Below are positions 46,280 through 50,049 of a stretch of 50,049 bases of DNA, one piece after another. The translations under genes and the position numbers were made by a program. Origin of the DNA: Candidatus Micrarchaeota archaeon (lineage in GTDB: Archaea > Micrarchaeota > Micrarchaeia > Anstonellales > Bilamarchaeaceae); the NCBI GenBank assembly GCA_037447235.1, contig JBBIHC010000005.1, positions 10,455 through 60,503 on the forward strand, in the 5' to 3' direction. The stretch's first letter is position 1, and each line of letters opens with the position of its first letter. Under the pieces are notes generated by a model. That model was given only the letters and a program-made list of their open reading frames with translations. It was not told the DNA's origin and did not search any database.

Positions 46280-46567
46280 TTAAATAATCGCGCCTTTCTT
46301 CGCTTTTTTCGGCCTTTCAAAATGCCTGAACATTATCCGGGTGCCGTCAACATCCACCGGGCCGTCATCTAAGTAAAAGCGAAAAATGCTGCCCGCCTTT
46401 TGGATTCTTATTTCCCTGCCATTGCATTCCAGGACCAGCATATTCTTTGTTTCATCAACGACGCGCCCCTTCAGGCCCACAAGATCTTTCTGGCTGCTGT
46501 TCGCTATCTCTGCGGTTAAACCGATAAAAGTAGAATAAAGAAGATTCCTTCTGGTGATGCCTGCCAT
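46280..46567 (-). CDS. RNase P protein component Rpp29
   Basis: NLL..FIGL, GLKGRVVDETKNML, I.K..F.F; position in the r-protein operon. Confidence 0.88.
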   Translation of the reverse strand: MAGITRRNLLYSTFIGLTAEIANSSQKDLVGLKGRVVDETKNMLVLECNGREIRIQKAGSIFRFYLDDGPVDVDGTRIMFRHFERPKKAKKGAII

Positions 46568-46587
46568 AACCAACCGCGTCAGACCAG

Positions 46588-46896
46588 CTATTTTCTTACT
46601 TCTATGCTCTCTGCAGGGTAGCCGATGTCCCTTAGTATCTTTTCTATGTTCTTTACGTGGTTTCCCTGCAGCACTATCAGGCCTTCTTTTGCAGTGCCGC
46701 CGCAAGCCAGCCTTTGTTTTAAAACTTTGGCTGTTTCATCTATCTGGCGGAGGTCAATGCCCTCGACAACGGTGACCAGTTTCCTGAATTTCGCCTTTGT
46801 CGTGTAAACCTTTATTTTGGCGCCTTCCTGCTTGTCAAGTTCCTGGCAGACGCACAATTCCTTTGGCATTCCGCATTTAGGACAGATGTTACCCAT
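46588..46896 (-). CDS. Translation initiation factor SUI1 (aIF1)
   Basis: CPKCGMPKELCVC, K.VT.VEG, LKQRLACGGTAK, LQGNH. Confidence 0.96.
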   Translation of the reverse strand: MGNICPKCGMPKELCVCQELDKQEGAKIKVYTTKAKFRKLVTVVEGIDLRQIDETAKVLKQRLACGGTAKEGLIVLQGNHVKNIEKILRDIGYPAESIEVRK

Positions 46897-46908
46897 TCTT
46901 TTACCAAC

Positions 46909-47082
46909 CTATTTTTTCATGTTTATTATAGTCTTTAATTGAGCGATTGTCTTTTTAAGGGCTTTTGTTTTTTCTTTTCTTCCCTCGCCATATGCTTCTA
47001 ACAGCGTCCGCTCAATCTCCATAAGTTTTTTTTCAGCTTCTGCTTTGCTTATTTCTTTTCTCTCCTTTTTCTTTATTGCCAT
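46909..47082 (-). CDS. rpl29: 50S ribosomal protein uL29
   Basis: LKKTIAQLKTIIN; operon position between uS3 and SUI1. Confidence 0.8.
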   Translation of the reverse strand: MAIKKKERKEISKAEAEKKLMEIERTLLEAYGEGRKEKTKALKKTIAQLKTIINMKK

Positions 47083-47092
47083 AACCATCACG

Positions 47093-47737
47093 CTATTGCC
47101 TGGTCAATTCCTTTGCCTTTTCTATTACCTTGGGCAGCGGGATCTTCTCGGGCGTCTTGTCCGGGAATACGGTTCCGGGCGGCACTATTCTTACCAGCAC
47201 GCCTATGATGCCGGATTTCGTGTTTGCGTTTATGAGCGCTTCCCTCACCAGCTTCATCGGCTCGCCGGCTTTTGGAATGTAGCCCGCCATCACCCTCAAT
47301 CTCTTTGAGCGTGCGCCTTTGGCGCCTATCTTGCCGGCAGCGACTATCTCAGCGCCAATAGCGCCGGCAGACATAATCTGCTTCAGCATAAAATGCAGCA
47401 CCGCCCTGATTTTCTTCCCCATCTCAATGTGCTTCGCCACCCTCTTGCCTACAATGACCGGCTCCAGAAACTGCTCCTGCACTTCGATAACGCTGATTTG
47501 AGGATTTTCGATCTTAAAAATTTCCTTTATCTCTTCAGAAAGCTCGTTTATTATCCTGCCCTGCCTGCCTATGATCCTTGCGGGATTCAGCACCTCAAGT
47601 GTTATCCTGGTCATCATCGGCGTGCGCTGTATTTCAACGCCAGCCAGGCCGGCCCTTTCCAGTTTTCTTTCCAGGTATCTCGCAAGCTTGTATTTCAAGA
47701 ACGGCTCTTCAATAATCTTTTCATTGTATATCATCAT
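47093..47737 (-). CDS. rps3: 30S ribosomal protein uS3
   Basis: RTP..TRI, PARIIGRQG, AGAIGAEI..GK..GARS, GIIGV.V.I. Confidence 0.96.
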   Translation of the reverse strand: MMIYNEKIIEEPFLKYKLARYLERKLERAGLAGVEIQRTPMMTRITLEVLNPARIIGRQGRIINELSEEIKEIFKIENPQISVIEVQEQFLEPVIVGKRVAKHIEMGKKIRAVLHFMLKQIMSAGAIGAEIVAAGKIGAKGARSKRLRVMAGYIPKAGEPMKLVREALINANTKSGIIGVLVRIVPPGTVFPDKTPEKIPLPKVIEKAKELTRQ

Positions 47738-48261
47738 ACCACCTGCTCCTTCTTCTCTCCGCTTTTTTCAGCGCTTCCGGCTTTCTTTTGCGGCGGAGTC
47801 ACCTCTATTTTTTGCGGCTGTTCAAGCGCCCGCAAGACTACCTCGATTCTGGAAAGCTCGTAATTAGAGCGCATCCATCCGCCGCGCGGCGCCACGCGCG
47901 GAAACTCGGTTTTCTTGTTTGCGCAAATGCTTATTATCCTGTATCTCTCGCCAAGCCCCCGCGCCCTGCCGTTTGCCATTGCGCTCTTGAGCAGCTTCAG
48001 CACTATTTTTGCCGCTTTTCTCGGATACCTCCCTTTTTTGCCGCCCAGCTCTCTCCTGTGCCCTATCTTTTTTGAGAATTTTTTATAAAGCACGGCAGCT
48101 TCTCCCGCAGCCACCCTGTCGAGGAAGGAAAGCGCCCAATCCGCGTGCTTTCCGCGGATTCGGCCGCAAACCTCGCACAGGTCCTTGTAAGAGGCATTCG
48201 CTCCTTCCAATCGCGCAAACGCGCATTCATCCGGCGAAAATTCCGCAGAGTATCCTTTCAT
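47734..48261 (-). CDS. rpl22: 50S ribosomal protein uL22
   Basis: SYKDLCEVC..IRG, GRYPRKAA..LKLL.SA.AN, PRVAPRG; start at ATG 48261. Confidence 0.94.
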   Translation of the reverse strand: MKGYSAEFSPDECAFARLEGANASYKDLCEVCGRIRGKHADWALSFLDRVAAGEAAVLYKKFSKKIGHRRELGGKKGRYPRKAAKIVLKLLKSAMANGRARGLGERYRIISICANKKTEFPRVAPRGGWMRSNYELSRIEVVLRALEQPQKIEVTPPQKKAGSAEKSGEKKEQVV

Positions 48262-48271
48262 AACTACCACG

Positions 48272-48676
48272 TCATTTAAGCGGCACGAATTTGCTTCCTC
48301 TCGTCGCCCCAACGCCGGGCCCGGAATGAAGCACCCTTGCCGTAGTATGCGAGAAATCACCAAGCCTTCTGCCTATTTTGTGCAGCGTTATATCAACTCT
48401 TTTGTATTCCTTGCCGTTGTACACGCCGAATGTCAGGCCGAGCCATTCAGGCAGTATGACCGCATCCCTTATCTTTGTCTTAATCATCTTCCTGGGATTA
48501 GCCTGTTTTATTTTTTTGACCTTTTCCATGAACTTCTTCAATTGCGGATTCGTCTTGAGCCTTTTCAGCGTCCTTCGTTCCCGTGCGTTCAGCAGCCTCA
48601 TGACATCCTCGTTTCCCAGCGCGGCAATTTTCTCTTCCTCCACGCCTTTCCAGACATCCTTTTTTATCGCAACCAT
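48272..48676 (-). CDS. rps19: 30S ribosomal protein uS19
   Basis: ARERRTLKR, ILPEW.G..GVYNGKEY, LGDFS.T, HSGPGVGATRGSKFVPLK. Confidence 0.96.
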   Translation of the reverse strand: MVAIKKDVWKGVEEEKIAALGNEDVMRLLNARERRTLKRLKTNPQLKKFMEKVKKIKQANPRKMIKTKIRDAVILPEWLGLTFGVYNGKEYKRVDITLHKIGRRLGDFSHTTARVLHSGPGVGATRGSKFVPLK

Positions 48677-48684
48677 TTACCCAC

Positions 48685-49449
48685 CTACACCTCTGTCTCT
48701 TCGGCTTCGCCCTCCTCTATTCTCTTGCCCTTCTTTCTTCCAGTGACTCTTGCGGCTATGTGGCCGACCTTTGCACCCGGGGGCGTATGCCTTCCTACCG
48801 TGGTTGGTTTGCCCACGTGGTGCTGCTTGCCTCCGTGCGGATGGCAGTACGCAGCCATGTGCACGCCCCTGTTCCTTGGCCACAGTTTTTTCAACGCCAG
48901 CCTGTATTTGTAATAAGCATTCCCCGCCTTCAGAAGCGGTTTTTCCAGCCTGCCTCCTCCGGCAACAACGCCGAGCTGTGCCCTGCAGTCGCCGGACAGC
49001 ACTATTGTTTTTTTGCTCGGCAGTTTAACATATATGTTGTTTCTTTCCCGCGAAACTATTATTGCATATGAGCCCGCAGTTCTTACATATCTGCCGCCAT
49101 CGCCCGGCACTTTCTCTATGTTGAATATGTACGCTCCATCTGGTATCCTGTATAGAGGCAATACGCTTCCGAGTTTAAGCCTTCCCTGCGCGCCGACATC
49201 AAGCGCGTCGCCGACCGCTATCCCTTCCGGAGCGAGCAGGTAGCCTCTCTCTTCGTTGTCGTAAGCGACCCTTATCAAAGGCGCGGTTCTTCCAGGGTCG
49301 TCAACTATCTCCGTAACCCGCGCTACAAGCACGCCCGTCTTTTCCATGTCGTCGTAATTTCTGTAAGCCAGGTCAGCCTTTCCATTCGTGGTGGCAAGAT
49401 ACCTGTGGTGCGCAGCACCTCTTTTTTGAGATTTCAGCCTTTTTCCCAT
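48685..49449 (-). CDS. rpl2: 50S ribosomal protein uL2
   Basis: MGKRL..QKRG, DPGRTAP, PGDGG..RTAG, WPRNRGV.M..HPHGG, PPGAKVGHIAAR. Confidence 0.98.
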   Translation of the reverse strand: MGKRLKSQKRGAAHHRYLATTNGKADLAYRNYDDMEKTGVLVARVTEIVDDPGRTAPLIRVAYDNEERGYLLAPEGIAVGDALDVGAQGRLKLGSVLPLYRIPDGAYIFNIEKVPGDGGRYVRTAGSYAIIVSRERNNIYVKLPSKKTIVLSGDCRAQLGVVAGGGRLEKPLLKAGNAYYKYRLALKKLWPRNRGVHMAAYCHPHGGKQHHVGKPTTVGRHTPPGAKVGHIAARVTGRKKGKRIEEGEAEETEV

Positions 49450-49459
49450 GTAAGCACCC

Positions 49460-49711
49460 CTAAGCTATCATCTTCAGCTTCGCTGCTATCTCGTCAGCCT
49501 TGAAGCCCTTCTCAAGCTTCACGAACGCCTGCTTTTTTCCAGCCGGGTCTATCGTCGTTCTGACGCCCGCGACTTTCACTCCGAAGAGTTTTTCCACTTC
49601 CTCCTTTATCTCCTTTTTTGTGGCCTTGCTGCTGACAAAAAACCTTATCGTGTTGCTTTTTTCTATTAGTTGGAGGCTCTTTTCCGTCTTTGCCGGACTT
49701 TCCAATATCAT
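49460..49711 (-). CDS. rpl23: 50S ribosomal protein uL23
   Basis: TEKS..IE..N, ATKKEIKEEVEKLFGVKV..V.T, GKKQAFVKL. Confidence 0.96.
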   Translation of the reverse strand: MILESPAKTEKSLQLIEKSNTIRFFVSSKATKKEIKEEVEKLFGVKVAGVRTTIDPAGKKQAFVKLEKGFKADEIAAKLKMIA

Positions 49712-50049
49712 GCCTTACCACCAAACTTTTGCGACAGCTCTTCTATCGCCTTTTCCGTGTAGATGGTGAGCCTGCCCGGATGCGCGCCCGGCGCAAGATG
49801 CATCACCTTCAGTTTGCTTACTTCTATGACATCAACGCCAGGAACATTTGCCGCAGCCTTTGGGCTTTTTGAAACCACTATGAGAGGCCCTTTCCTGCCG
49901 TTTTTCTTGGTCTTTTCAATCATATGCCCGAGGTTGAGAGATTCCAGTACCGCAAGCACTTCCCCGGTTTTCTTCAATTCCTCAAACTTTCCGTCAACTA
50001 TCAGCGGCAACGAGAGGGATATCTTTGCATTAAGCCTTTTTTCAACGAA
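49708..50049 (-). CDS. rpl4: 50S ribosomal protein uL4 (3' part; runs off window edge)
   Basis: LPLIVDGKFE, KGPLIVV, NVPGVDV, LAPGAHPGRLTIYT. Confidence 0.94.
   Translation of the reverse strand, partial: FVEKRLNAKISLSLPLIVDGKFEELKKTGEVLAVLESLNLGHMIEKTKKNGRKGPLIVVSKSPKAAANVPGVDVIEVSKLKVMHLAPGAHPGRLTIYTEKAIEELSQKFGGKA

Overview
Archaeal chromosomal segment, most consistent with a DPANN lineage such as Micrarchaeota. This is an inference from archaeal ribosomal proteins, Cdc6/Orc1, Sec61beta, a multi-intron tRNA, many class III signal-peptide proteins, and TATA-preceded leaderless genes. It is densely coding and mostly housekeeping: dys, eno, pyrC, a GGR-ferredoxin operon, glmM-like, cdc6, scpA/scpB, sepF, valS, rnhA, ychF, purE, mre11, elp3, prs, rnz and the uL4-uL29/SUI1/Rpp29 operon. 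Highlights: (1) a ~1.9 kb AT-rich islet behind tRNA-Ile carrying a DpnA-like methyltransferase convergent with a 186-aa protein lacking any recognisable nuclease motif, plus a small 2-TM protein, which is a candidate new restriction/defence system; (2) tRNA-Ile(GAU) with two introns that appear to need ordered splicing; (3) a 51-bp tandem duplication with a hairpin at the tRNA-Leu 5' end; (4) a CBS-HPF ribosome hibernation factor; (5) valS broken by a frameshift plus an in-frame TAA; (6) a cluster of type IV pilin-like genes; (7) a TPR-AAA+ ATPase with a hydrophobic tail; (8) several small ORFs missed by the ORF track. All calls are by eye; no searches were run.
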